A stretch of DNA of 64,000 nt from an uncultured delta proteobacterium (GTDB taxonomy: Bacteria; Myxococcota; Myxococcia; Myxococcales; Anaeromyxobacteraceae): assembly GCA_963845515.1 (NCBI GenBank), contig CAWJSR010000029.1:96001-160000 (forward strand). Direction: 5' to 3'. Positions 9,979 to 18,271 of the stretch are shown piece after piece. The translations under genes and the position numbers were made by a program. Each line of letters opens with the position of its first letter. The first letter of the stretch is position 1. The notes beneath the pieces were generated by a model. The model was given only the letters and a program-made list of their open reading frames with translations, made no database searches and was not told where the DNA came from.

Positions 9979-10179
9979 TCAACCGACGGGGCCGCAGCCG
10001 CCGCCGTGCGAGTGGCCTCCGCCCGACCCGCCGCCGTACGCCGCCGGCGCCGACATCTGGCGGCCGACCTGCCTCGACTTGCACGCCGGGCAGACCACGT
10101 CGGCCTCGTCCGACCTCCGGACGATGAGCTCCTCGAAGGTCCTCCCGCAGTCCTGGCAGGCGTACTCGTAGATGGGCAT
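9970..10179 (-). CDS. FmdB-family zinc-ribbon protein, candidate selenoprotein (UGA at 9981-9979 read as Sec; otherwise ends at 9979)
   Basis: MPIYEYACQDCG...VCPACKS FmdB signature; tail GGGCGPVG-UGA-S-I-UGA. Confidence 0.85.
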
Positions 10180-10369
10180 GGCCCACGATATGAGCCACGC
10201 ACGACCGGATGGATTCAAGCCCATGCCCCCTGACGCCGCCTGGAGCGCCGGCGCCGCGAGGGGTTCGCCGCGGGTGGGTCCGCATGCTCCCTCGTCGGAC
10301 ATGTACCCTCGCCGTGTCACCGGCTCGCGGTACGTCCGGAGGCCAGCGTGGTACAGTCCGCGACCGCAA

Positions 10370-12496
10370 ATGGCCGAGAGCGTCCCTACACTGCGCGTGA
10401 AACACCCCAGCGTGGACCGTGCTCAGTTCCTCGAGCGCTACGCGGCGCGGGTCGCGTCCACCGGCATCCAGGTACCGACTGCGAACCAGCGCCCGATCGG
10501 TTCGCGCATCCGCCTCATCCTGGAGCTGAAGAGCGGGGAATCCGTGGTCGGCGACGCCGTCGTCGAGTCCCACGTGCGGATCCGCGACACTGCCGGCATC
10601 CTGTTGCGATACGTGCGGCTGCACGAGGGCGGGATCGTCTTCCCCCTCCCCGGGGGTGCCGCGCCGACGCCGCGTCCTTCAGGCGCGCGCCCAGCGCCGG
10701 CAGCTCCATCCGCGACGCGCGCGGCGCCGACGCCGGTGGCGACGGCGGCGCCTCGCCCACCGCCCCCGGCCATCCCGGTGCCGGCCGAGCCGGCGGCGTC
10801 GCTGCGCGACCTGCTCGACTCTCCCGACCCGTTCCCGGGGCTCGACGCGGCGCCCGAAGCGGCGATCCACGTGCCGATCGACGTGCCGGACGTGCCGCCC
10901 GAGGCGCCGGCCGCGCCCGAGCCGCCCCCTCCTTCCACCACGTCCGCGCCCGTTGCCCGATCCATGCTGACGCTGGACGACCTCCAGCTCGAGCCCCAGC
11001 CCGCGCAGGACTGGCCCGCTCCCGATGAGCCCTCGCCCGAAGAGGACCTGTGGGCCGCGCCGGCGCGCGCGCCCGCCGTGGCCTCGCTCGCCCCGCCCGA
11101 GTTCGTCGTACCCGAGCCGGCAGAGGCCGAGCAGGACGCCGTCGCGGCGGCGCACGGGGAGCCCCGGCGGTCGCACCGAAGGAAGGTGGCGCTGGCGCTG
11201 CTATCCGTGATCGCCGTGCTCGTCGTCATCGGCTCTGGCTACCTCCTCCTGCGCAGACGGGCGTCCGGAGCGACGCCTGCTGCCACGCCTGCCGCTGCGA
11301 CGTGCGAGCGTGCGAGCGGAACCGTGGAGGTCCAGCGCAGGACCGACGGCTCCTGGCACCCGCTCGCCGCCGGGGGCGGGCTGGGCAGCGGCGACGTCGT
11401 CCGGACCGGGCCGGCGTCGTCGGCACGGGTCGTGTTCGCCGCCGGGGGCGCCCTCGAGCTGGAGGCCGACGCGACGGTCGAGATCGGGGTGAGCGCGCAG
11501 GCGACCACTGGAGGCTCCGCCGCGCCGACCGAGAGCACCGTGGCCGTGCAGGCGGGCGTCGTCCGCGGCGTGCTCCCATCCGCGAGTGATTCCCAGCTCG
11601 GCCTGGTCATCCGCGGCGAGGACGGGTCTACGACCCGCCTGGCGACGGCGAAGGGGAGCGCTCCGGCCGAAGTCCGGCTCACGCGGGCGCCCGCTGGCAC
11701 CGAGGTGGCGGTCACGGAGGGAGAGGTCGAGGTCGGCTCGGGCAAGTCCGGGCGCAGGCTGGGCGTGGGCCGCGCGATCGATCTTCCTCCGTCGGCCGGC
11801 AGGCCCGTCGTCGATCTCCTCGACTTCCCCGCGAGCGTCGCGCCGGGGGTCGATGCGCGCTTCCAGTGGAGGAAGGGGCTGGAGGTACGCCTCTCCTGGA
11901 AGAAGGTCGCGCGCGCCGCCGGCTATCGGGTCCAGACCTCGAGGACCCTGTCGTTCGAGACTGTCTCGGGGACGTTCGAGACGAAGGGGACCGAGATCTC
12001 GTTCGCGCCCGAGGCGGATGGCCTGTACGCCTGGCGCGTCGCCTCGCGCGACGACGCCGGGCGGTATGGCGAGTACGGGTTCGCCCGGCGCCTGTACTGC
12101 GATCGATCGCGCTCCCGGGACCTCCTCGTCGGGCCCGCCGACCGCGAGGCGGTGACGTACACTGGCCCCGGCACCACGGTCACCTTCACCTGGCAGTCGG
12201 CCGCGGACGCCAGGGCCTACAGGCTGGTGGTCGCGGCCTCACCGAGGCTCCGGTCGCGATCCGTCGTGAGCCGGGTCACGAAGGAGCAGCGGCTCGACGT
12301 GAAGGGGCTCGCTCCCGGCGCCTACTACTGGGGTGTGTTCGTGGGCGACGGCCCGGCCGCGAAGCCCATCTTCCAGAAGCCCCGCTCGCTGCTGATCCAG
12401 CGGGCAGCGAAGGCGCCAGGGCGCCCGGAAGTAGCCCCGCGCGCCGCCTCGGAGGGAGCCCTTCCGCGTCGGGACGCTCCGCGATCGCCGCAGTGA
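10370..12496 (+). CDS. Bitopic membrane protein: PilZ-like N-domain, Pro-rich linker, TM helix, FecR-like and FN3-like periplasmic domains
   Basis: N-term FLERYAARVASTGIQVPT...PIGSRIRLILEL; TM ALALLSVIAVLVVIGSGYLLL; FecR-like GDVVRTGPASSARVVF and EVAVTEGEVEV; SW...YRVQ and YYWGV beta-sandwich motifs. Confidence 0.7.
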   Translation: MAESVPTLRVKHPSVDRAQFLERYAARVASTGIQVPTANQRPIGSRIRLILELKSGESVVGDAVVESHVRIRDTAGILLRYVRLHEGGIVFPLPGGAAPTPRPSGARPAPAAPSATRAAPTPVATAAPRPPPPAIPVPAEPAASLRDLLDSPDPFPGLDAAPEAAIHVPIDVPDVPPEAPAAPEPPPPSTTSAPVARSMLTLDDLQLEPQPAQDWPAPDEPSPEEDLWAAPARAPAVASLAPPEFVVPEPAEAEQDAVAAAHGEPRRSHRRKVALALLSVIAVLVVIGSGYLLLRRRASGATPAATPAAATCERASGTVEVQRRTDGSWHPLAAGGGLGSGDVVRTGPASSARVVFAAGGALELEADATVEIGVSAQATTGGSAAPTESTVAVQAGVVRGVLPSASDSQLGLVIRGEDGSTTRLATAKGSAPAEVRLTRAPAGTEVAVTEGEVEVGSGKSGRRLGVGRAIDLPPSAGRPVVDLLDFPASVAPGVDARFQWRKGLEVRLSWKKVARAAGYRVQTSRTLSFETVSGTFETKGTEISFAPEADGLYAWRVASRDDAGRYGEYGFARRLYCDRSRSRDLLVGPADREAVTYTGPGTTVTFTWQSAADARAYRLVVAASPRLRSRSVVSRVTKEQRLDVKGLAPGAYYWGVFVGDGPAAKPIFQKPRSLLIQRAAKAPGRPEVAPRAASEGALPRRDAPRSPQ

Positions 12497-12612
12497 GCTT
12501 GAAGCCGTTCCTGTCGAGGTTCAGTCCCCAGGCCTATGCCTTGATGCGCGTCGTCGCCGGGTTCCTCTTCCTCTGGCACGGTGCTCAGAAGCTGGTCGGC
12601 TTCCCGGTGGGG
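12493..12612 (+). pseudogene. DoxX-family membrane protein, N-terminal remnant
   Basis: GTGA overlap with the upstream stop; MSLKPFLSRFSPQAYALMRVVAGFLFLWHGAQKLVGFP (R..G..F..HG.QK DoxX motif); similarity ends after about 40 codons. Confidence 0.75.
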
Positions 12613-12666
12613 ATGCGAATCTGGAGCGTCGACGCGGCCCCTACAAACGTCGGACTTGAATGCTCA

Positions 12667-13755
12667 TCAGGCCTGCAGCTCGCTCCAGACGCGGCGGAAC
12701 TCTCCCTCGAGCGTGCTGAAGGCGGTCACGACGTCCGGATCGAAGTGCTTCCCGCCGCCCTCGCGGATCATCCGGCACGTCTCCTCGTCGCCGAACGCGG
12801 GTCGGTAGCAGCGCTTCGACGTCATCGCATCGTAGTAGTCGGCGAGCGCGACGATCCGTGCCGCGAGGGGGATGGCCGCGCCACTCAGGCCGTCGGGGTA
12901 ACCGCCGCCGTCCCATCGCTCGTGGTGCGATCTCGCCACCTCGACGCCCATTTGCAGCAGGGGGTTGGCCGGATGGCGTTCGAGCACCTTGGCGAGCGTG
13001 TTGGCGCCGAGCGCGCAGTGCCCCTTCATCACGCCGAACTCCTCCGCGGTCAGCTTGCCGGGCTTCAACAGGATGGCGTCGGGGATGCCTACCTTCCCGA
13101 TGTCGTGGAGCGGCGCCGTCTGGAAGAGGTGGTCGATGAAGGAGCCCGTCAGGTCCTCCGCGTGCAATCTCAGCCCGCGCATCCGCTCGGCCAGCATCTT
13201 GCCGAAGGTCTGCACCCGCTCGATGTGCTTCCCTGTGTCGTCATCGCGGGCCTCGGCGAGCTTCGCGAGCGCGAAGATGGTCGCCCGATGGGACGCCGTG
13301 GCCGCCTCGACCTGCTCGGCAACCCGCTGTTCGAGGAGAACGGCATGCGAAGCCAGCTCCACCTGCAGCCGCTCCAGGCGCAGGTGCGTCTTGACGCGCG
13401 CGATCACCTCCTCCTCCTGGAACGGCCTGGTGACGTAGTCGACGCCGCCGGCGCGAAGCGCCTCGACCTTCTCGTCGGTTCCCTGACGCGCGCTGACGAA
13501 GATGACCGGGATGCTCCGAAGCCGCTCGTCCTGCTTGAGCCATCGGCAGACGTCCAGCCCGGACATGACAGGCATGGTGACGTCGAGGAGGACCAGATCC
13601 GGAGGATCGGCGATGGCCGCCTCGATGGCGAGCTTGCCGCTCGTGACCGGCCTCGGTACGAGACCGCCGCGCTTGAGCACCGCGATCAGGAGTCGCAGGT
13701 TCTCGGGGACATCGTCCACGACGAGCACGCTGCTGCCTTGCAGATCGTCTTCCAC
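12667..13755 (-). CDS. Response regulator with HD-GYP c-di-GMP phosphodiesterase domain (RpfG-like)
   Basis: Receiver VLVVDD...DLVLLDVTMP; LHDIGKVGIPDAILLKPGKLT; HHERWDGGGYP. Confidence 0.92.
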   Translation of the reverse strand: MEDDLQGSSVLVVDDVPENLRLLIAVLKRGGLVPRPVTSGKLAIEAAIADPPDLVLLDVTMPVMSGLDVCRWLKQDERLRSIPVIFVSARQGTDEKVEALRAGGVDYVTRPFQEEEVIARVKTHLRLERLQVELASHAVLLEQRVAEQVEAATASHRATIFALAKLAEARDDDTGKHIERVQTFGKMLAERMRGLRLHAEDLTGSFIDHLFQTAPLHDIGKVGIPDAILLKPGKLTAEEFGVMKGHCALGANTLAKVLERHPANPLLQMGVEVARSHHERWDGGGYPDGLSGAAIPLAARIVALADYYDAMTSKRCYRPAFGDEETCRMIREGGGKHFDPDVVTAFSTLEGEFRRVWSELQA

Positions 13756-13764
13756 CGGCGCCCC

Positions 13765-16023
13765 CTATCGGCCCAGAAGCTCTCGGATGCCGTCGTAGTC
13801 GAAGCGGTCCACCATCCGGCGGAGCCCGATCGCCAAAGCCGGCTCAGTGAGCCCGATGGCCTCGACGAGCGCGAGCAGCTCGTCGTACCTGGCGGCCGTC
13901 ACGGCCTTGCCGAGCCTGCCCAGGAGCTCCCTGGGTAGCGCCCGGAGCGCAGCCCTGTCGAGCGAGCGCTCCTCCGACCCGTCGTCGGCGTCGCCTGCCC
14001 GCTCGCGCCCATCGCCATCCAGCACCTCCCGGACCTTCCGCGCCAGGTCGCCACCCGTGAACGGCTTGGGCAGGAAGTGCGTGCCCGCGTGAAGCACCCC
14101 GTGGTGGACGATCGCGTCGTCGGTGTAGCCCGACATGTAGAGCACCTTGAGCGTGGGGCGCCGCTTCGTGAGCTCCTGGGCGAGCGCCCGGCCGCTCATG
14201 CGAGGCATGACCACATCGGTCAGGAGGAGGTGAATGTCGCCGACATGCTCCGCGAAGATCAGGAGGGCCTCGTCCCCACTCGCGGCCGTCAGGACTCTGT
14301 AGCCGGCCGCGTCGAGGGTCCTGCGGGCGACCTCGCAGAGGGCCGGCTCGTCCTCGACCACGAGGACGGTCTCGGTGCCCGTGACCCGGCTCGGGGCCGC
14401 TGTAGGCCTGGTATCCGTCGCCGCGGCAGCCGAGAGATCGCGCGGCAGGTAGATCTTGAACGTGGTCCCATGTCCCGGCTCGCTGTAGACCCAGACGTTC
14501 CCGCCGCTCTGCTTGACGATGCCGTACACCGTGGAAAGTCCGAGTCCAGACCCCTTCCCCTCCCCCTTGGTGGTGAAGAAGGGCTCGAAGATCTTGGCTA
14601 TGGTCTCGCGGTCCATTCCACTTCCCGTGTCCGTGACCGCCAGCTGGACGTAGGGACCCGGCCTCACGGCCACGTGGCGCGCTGCGTACTCCTCGTCGAT
14701 CTCGATGTTGGAGGTCTCTATGGTGAGCTGGCCTCCTTCGGGCATGGCGTCGCGAGCGTTGACCACCAGGTTCATCAGCACCTGCTCCATCTGGCCGGGA
14801 TCGGCGCGCACCACGCCGAGGTCCGACGCGAGCGCCTGGACGAAGTCGATGTCCTCGCCGAGGATCCGCCGGAGCATCTTCTCGATCCCCACGGCGATCT
14901 GGTTCAGGCTCAGCGGCACGGCCTGGAGCACCTGCTTCCGGCTGAAGGCCAGGAGCTGGCGGGTCAGCGCCGCGGCGCGCTCGCCCGCCTTCTTCACCTC
15001 CAGGAGATCGTCCCGGAGCGGGTCGCCCTCCCGCACCTGACCGAGAGCGAACCCCGTGTAGCTCAGGATCACGGTGAGCAGGTTGTTGAAGTCGTGCGCC
15101 ACCCCGCCTGCGAGGCCGCCGATCGCCTCGAGCTTCTGCGATGCCTGCAGCTGCTCCTCGAGCCTCTCGCGCTCCTTCTCGGCCAGCTTTCGCGCGCTGA
15201 CGTCACGCACGTTGCACTGGATCACCTTCTGGTCCTCGACGATGTACACGTTGCTGACGAACTCGACGTCTATCCTGCGTCCGTCGCGGGTCTCCAGCGG
15301 CAGATCCTCGTAGCGGACGTATTCCCTGTCCTGCAGCTCGAGGAACAGCGCGGCGGAGGCCGCGATGTCCTTGAACGGCCCGATCTCCCACAGGTGCCTG
15401 CCGAGGAACTCCTCGCGCGAGAAGCCCGTCAACGACACCAGGAACGGATTGACGTCGACGATCGCCCCGCTGACCGCGTCGAGGATCAGTATTCCGTCCT
15501 TGGCGGCTTCGAACAGGCGGCGGTACCGCATCTCCGAGGCCGCCAGCGCGTGCTCCGCCGGCTCTCGCTCGGCGGGGTCCTGGTCCCGAAACACGACGAC
15601 GGCGCCGATCACGCCTCCGGCTGCGTCCAGGATGGGAGCCCCACCGTGGGCGATCGGCCGTCGGGTGCCGTCGCGGGCGATCAGGACCGTGTGATCGATG
15701 GGTCCCCACCCAGCGCCGTCGCGCAGCGCCGAGGCAACCGGGCTCTCGACCTCCGCACCCGTCTCCTCGTCGGCGATTCTGAAGACGTCTGCCGCCGGCC
15801 GGACGCTCGCCTGCGGCTCGCTCCAGCCGGTGTACTCCTCGGCCGCGCGGTTCAGGCGCGCGATGACGCCGTCCGCGTCGATCACGATGACCGCTTCGGC
15901 GATACGGCGTAGCGCGGCCTCGAAACCCCTGGCCTGGACATCGAGCGCGGCGACGCGGCTGTAGAGAGCCGCGTTCTCCGCGCGGAGCTGCTTCGTCTCT
16001 CTCCCTCCCCCGCTCATCTTCAC
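13765..16023 (-). CDS. Cytoplasmic PAS-PAS hybrid histidine kinase/response regulator
   Basis: Two PAS domains; H-box GVAHDFNNLL; NLVVNARDAM; DTGSGM; FEPFFTTK; GSGLGL; receiver VLVVED...LLTDVVMP; extra helical C-terminal tail. Confidence 0.92.
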   Translation of the reverse strand: MKMSGGGRETKQLRAENAALYSRVAALDVQARGFEAALRRIAEAVIVIDADGVIARLNRAAEEYTGWSEPQASVRPAADVFRIADEETGAEVESPVASALRDGAGWGPIDHTVLIARDGTRRPIAHGGAPILDAAGGVIGAVVVFRDQDPAEREPAEHALAASEMRYRRLFEAAKDGILILDAVSGAIVDVNPFLVSLTGFSREEFLGRHLWEIGPFKDIAASAALFLELQDREYVRYEDLPLETRDGRRIDVEFVSNVYIVEDQKVIQCNVRDVSARKLAEKERERLEEQLQASQKLEAIGGLAGGVAHDFNNLLTVILSYTGFALGQVREGDPLRDDLLEVKKAGERAAALTRQLLAFSRKQVLQAVPLSLNQIAVGIEKMLRRILGEDIDFVQALASDLGVVRADPGQMEQVLMNLVVNARDAMPEGGQLTIETSNIEIDEEYAARHVAVRPGPYVQLAVTDTGSGMDRETIAKIFEPFFTTKGEGKGSGLGLSTVYGIVKQSGGNVWVYSEPGHGTTFKIYLPRDLSAAAATDTRPTAAPSRVTGTETVLVVEDEPALCEVARRTLDAAGYRVLTAASGDEALLIFAEHVGDIHLLLTDVVMPRMSGRALAQELTKRRPTLKVLYMSGYTDDAIVHHGVLHAGTHFLPKPFTGGDLARKVREVLDGDGRERAGDADDGSEERSLDRAALRALPRELLGRLGKAVTAARYDELLALVEAIGLTEPALAIGLRRMVDRFDYDGIRELLGR

Positions 16024-16116
16024 CGTCAGTTCCTATCACGATGATGCGGGCACGTTCCTCCCTGAGCCCATACGGGCACCTCCGTGCGGGGGCCGGAGCG
16101 CCGGAGCGCGCGGACA

Positions 16117-16168
16117 AAAGCGGTACCGCTTTCGGTGCGTTGACTGCGCGGCGGACGCCGGCTAAACG
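16117..16168 (+). promoter_or_regulatory. Palindromic operator candidate plus sigma70-type promoter for the YcbK gene
   Basis: Perfect 16-bp palindrome AAAGCGGTACCGCTTT (16117-16132), then TTGACT-17 nt-TAAACG (16140-16168). Confidence 0.5.
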
Positions 16169-16179
16169 TCCGCCCGCCC

Positions 16180-16749
16180 GTGAGAATCCAACGCACCCCA
16201 CCCGCGCCGCCCGGCCGTGGACGACGCGACTTCCTCTTCGCCGGCGCGCTGTCGGTCCTCGCGCTCGCCCTGGGGCCCGCTCGCGCGCGGGCCGCCGCTG
16301 CCGAGCCCCGCAGGGTCCGGATGCTCGGCACGCACACCGGCGAGCGGATCGACGCCACCTACTTCGAGGGCGGAGCGCTCGTGCCGGACGCGCTCGCCGA
16401 GCTCGATCGCTTCCTGCGGGACCACCGGACCGGGGACGTCCGCGCGATCGACCCCGGGGTGCTCGACATCGCGTGGAGCCTCTCGCGCGCAGCGCACCGG
16501 CCGCTCGGGACCATCGAGATCATCAGCGGCTACCGCTCGCCCCGGACGAACGCGGCGCTCCGCGAGCATGGCCGCGGCGTCGCGCAGCACAGCCTGCACC
16601 TCGAGGGGAGGGCCCTCGACCTCCGGCTCGAGGGCGTACCGACCGACCGGCTGCGCGACCTGGCGCTCGGGCTCCGCCGCGGCGGCGTCGGCTTCTACGC
16701 CGCCGCCGACTTCGTGCACGTCGACACGGGGCCGGTCCGGCGCTGGTAG
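16180..16749 (+). CDS. YcbK/DUF882 (MepK-like, M15) peptidoglycan peptidase with Tat signal
   Basis: GRRDFL twin-arginine motif; FLRDHRTG, IISGYRSPRTN, SLHLEGRALD, FVHVDTGPVRRW. Confidence 0.9.
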   Translation: MRIQRTPPAPPGRGRRDFLFAGALSVLALALGPARARAAAAEPRRVRMLGTHTGERIDATYFEGGALVPDALAELDRFLRDHRTGDVRAIDPGVLDIAWSLSRAAHRPLGTIEIISGYRSPRTNAALREHGRGVAQHSLHLEGRALDLRLEGVPTDRLRDLALGLRRGGVGFYAAADFVHVDTGPVRRW

Positions 16750-16750
16750 G

Positions 16751-17299
16751 TCACCGGCCCCTCAGCCGGACCTTCTCGCGCTCGTAGAGGGCCACGGCGT
16801 CGCGCAGCACCCTCAGCGCCGCTTCGCGCCCCTGCGGCTCGTCCACCACCACCGCCTTGTTCTCCAGCACCTTGTAGTCGATGAAGAAGCGCTGCAGCTC
16901 ACGCAGCCGGTGGGGCGGAAGCTCCGAGATGTCGGAGAAGCCCGCGTACTCCGGGTCGTCGACGTGGACCGCGATCAGCTTGTCGTCCTCCCCCTTGTCG
17001 TCGCGCATCTGCATCACGCCGATGAGGCGCGCCTGCATGATCGCCAGCGGGACGATCGGCTCCTGGCAGAGGACCAGGATGTCCAGCGGATCACCGTCGC
17101 CGCAGAAGGTCCGCGGGACGAAGCCGTAGTTGGCCGGGTAGTGGACCGCCGAGAAGAGGATCCGGTCGACGAGGAGCAGCCCGGACCGCTTGTCGAGCTC
17201 GTACTTCACCTTGGAGCCGGTCGGGATCTCGATGACCGCGGGGACGGTCGCCGCGAGATCGGCCGGGAGCTCCAGGTCGTGCCAGGGGTGGAAGGCCAT
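16751..17299 (-). CDS. ppa: Inorganic pyrophosphatase (family I)
   Basis: EIPTGSKVKYELDK, YPANYGFVPRT, DGDPLD, DDKLIAV. Confidence 0.95.
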   Translation of the reverse strand: MAFHPWHDLELPADLAATVPAVIEIPTGSKVKYELDKRSGLLLVDRILFSAVHYPANYGFVPRTFCGDGDPLDILVLCQEPIVPLAIMQARLIGVMQMRDDKGEDDKLIAVHVDDPEYAGFSDISELPPHRLRELQRFFIDYKVLENKAVVVDEPQGREAALRVLRDAVALYEREKVRLRGR

Positions 17300-17317
17300 G
17301 CTGGTGAGCCGGGGCGA

Positions 17318-18208
17318 CTACCTGGCTTCCGCCTGCGTAATCTGGCTCCCCGGTGGCACGGCGTGCGTGAGCCAGACGTTGCCGCCGATCGACGAGCCCT
17401 TCCCGATGACGATCCGCCCGAGGACGGTCGCGCCCGAGTAGATGACGACGTCGTCCTCGACCACCGGGTGGCGATCGATCCCCTTGATCGGCTTGCCGTT
17501 CTCGTCGAGCGGGAAGCTCTTCGCGCCGAGCGTGACGCCCTGGTAGATGCGGACCCGGTTCCCGATGACGCCGGTCTCGCCGATCACGACCCCCGTCCCG
17601 TGATCGATGAAGAACTTCTCTCCGATCCGCGCCCCGGGGTGGATGTCGATGCCCGTGAGCGCGTGGGCGTGCTCGGTCATGATCCGCGGAATCAGCGGCA
17701 CGCCGAGGACGTGAAGCTCGTGGGCGATCCGCTGGTTGGTGATGGCCATCATCCCCGGGTACGCGATGATCGCCTCGTCCCTGTTCTTGAGCGCGGGATC
17801 CCCCTCGTACGCGGCCTCGACGTCGCTCGCGAGGAGCCGCCGGATCGTCGGCACCTTCGCGAGGAAGCCGGACGCCACGCGCTGCGAGGTCTCCGCGCAG
17901 TGATCGCAGGTGAAGTAGTCGTGCCGCTCGACGAACGACACGGCGCGCCGGACCTGCTCCTCCAGCGCGCGCATGGTCCGCTCCAGCGTCGCGCCGAGGA
18001 AGAAGTGGAGGCTCTCGGCCCTGACGTCGGTGGTCCCGAAGTAGCCCGGGAAGAACACCGAGCGGAGATCCTCGACGATCTGGATGACCGCGTCGCGCGA
18101 CGGCAGGATGGCCCGTCCGCCAGGCAGCCCTGCGGGGCCGACAGCGTCCCGCCGGAGCTCGTCGACGATGGCCTGGATGTCCACCTTCTCCTGCTTCGCG
18201 TCGGACAT
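17318..18208 (-). CDS. cysE: Serine O-acetyltransferase
   Basis: AAYEGDPA, TGIDIHPGARIG, FFIDHGTGVVIGET, IYQGVTLG, RHP hexapeptide region. Confidence 0.9.
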   Translation of the reverse strand: MSDAKQEKVDIQAIVDELRRDAVGPAGLPGGRAILPSRDAVIQIVEDLRSVFFPGYFGTTDVRAESLHFFLGATLERTMRALEEQVRRAVSFVERHDYFTCDHCAETSQRVASGFLAKVPTIRRLLASDVEAAYEGDPALKNRDEAIIAYPGMMAITNQRIAHELHVLGVPLIPRIMTEHAHALTGIDIHPGARIGEKFFIDHGTGVVIGETGVIGNRVRIYQGVTLGAKSFPLDENGKPIKGIDRHPVVEDDVVIYSGATVLGRIVIGKGSSIGGNVWLTHAVPPGSQITQAEAR

Positions 18209-18271
18209 GGAATCCCTCCTACCAACGGTGGTAATACGCTCTTAGCATAATTCGGACCGGTGAGGTCGGCA

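Noticed and set aside
12612..16049. GATGCG at both ends of the kinase/HD-GYP cassette as a target-site duplication
   Set aside because: Only 6 bp, expected by chance, and the doxX frame does not resume after the right-hand copy.
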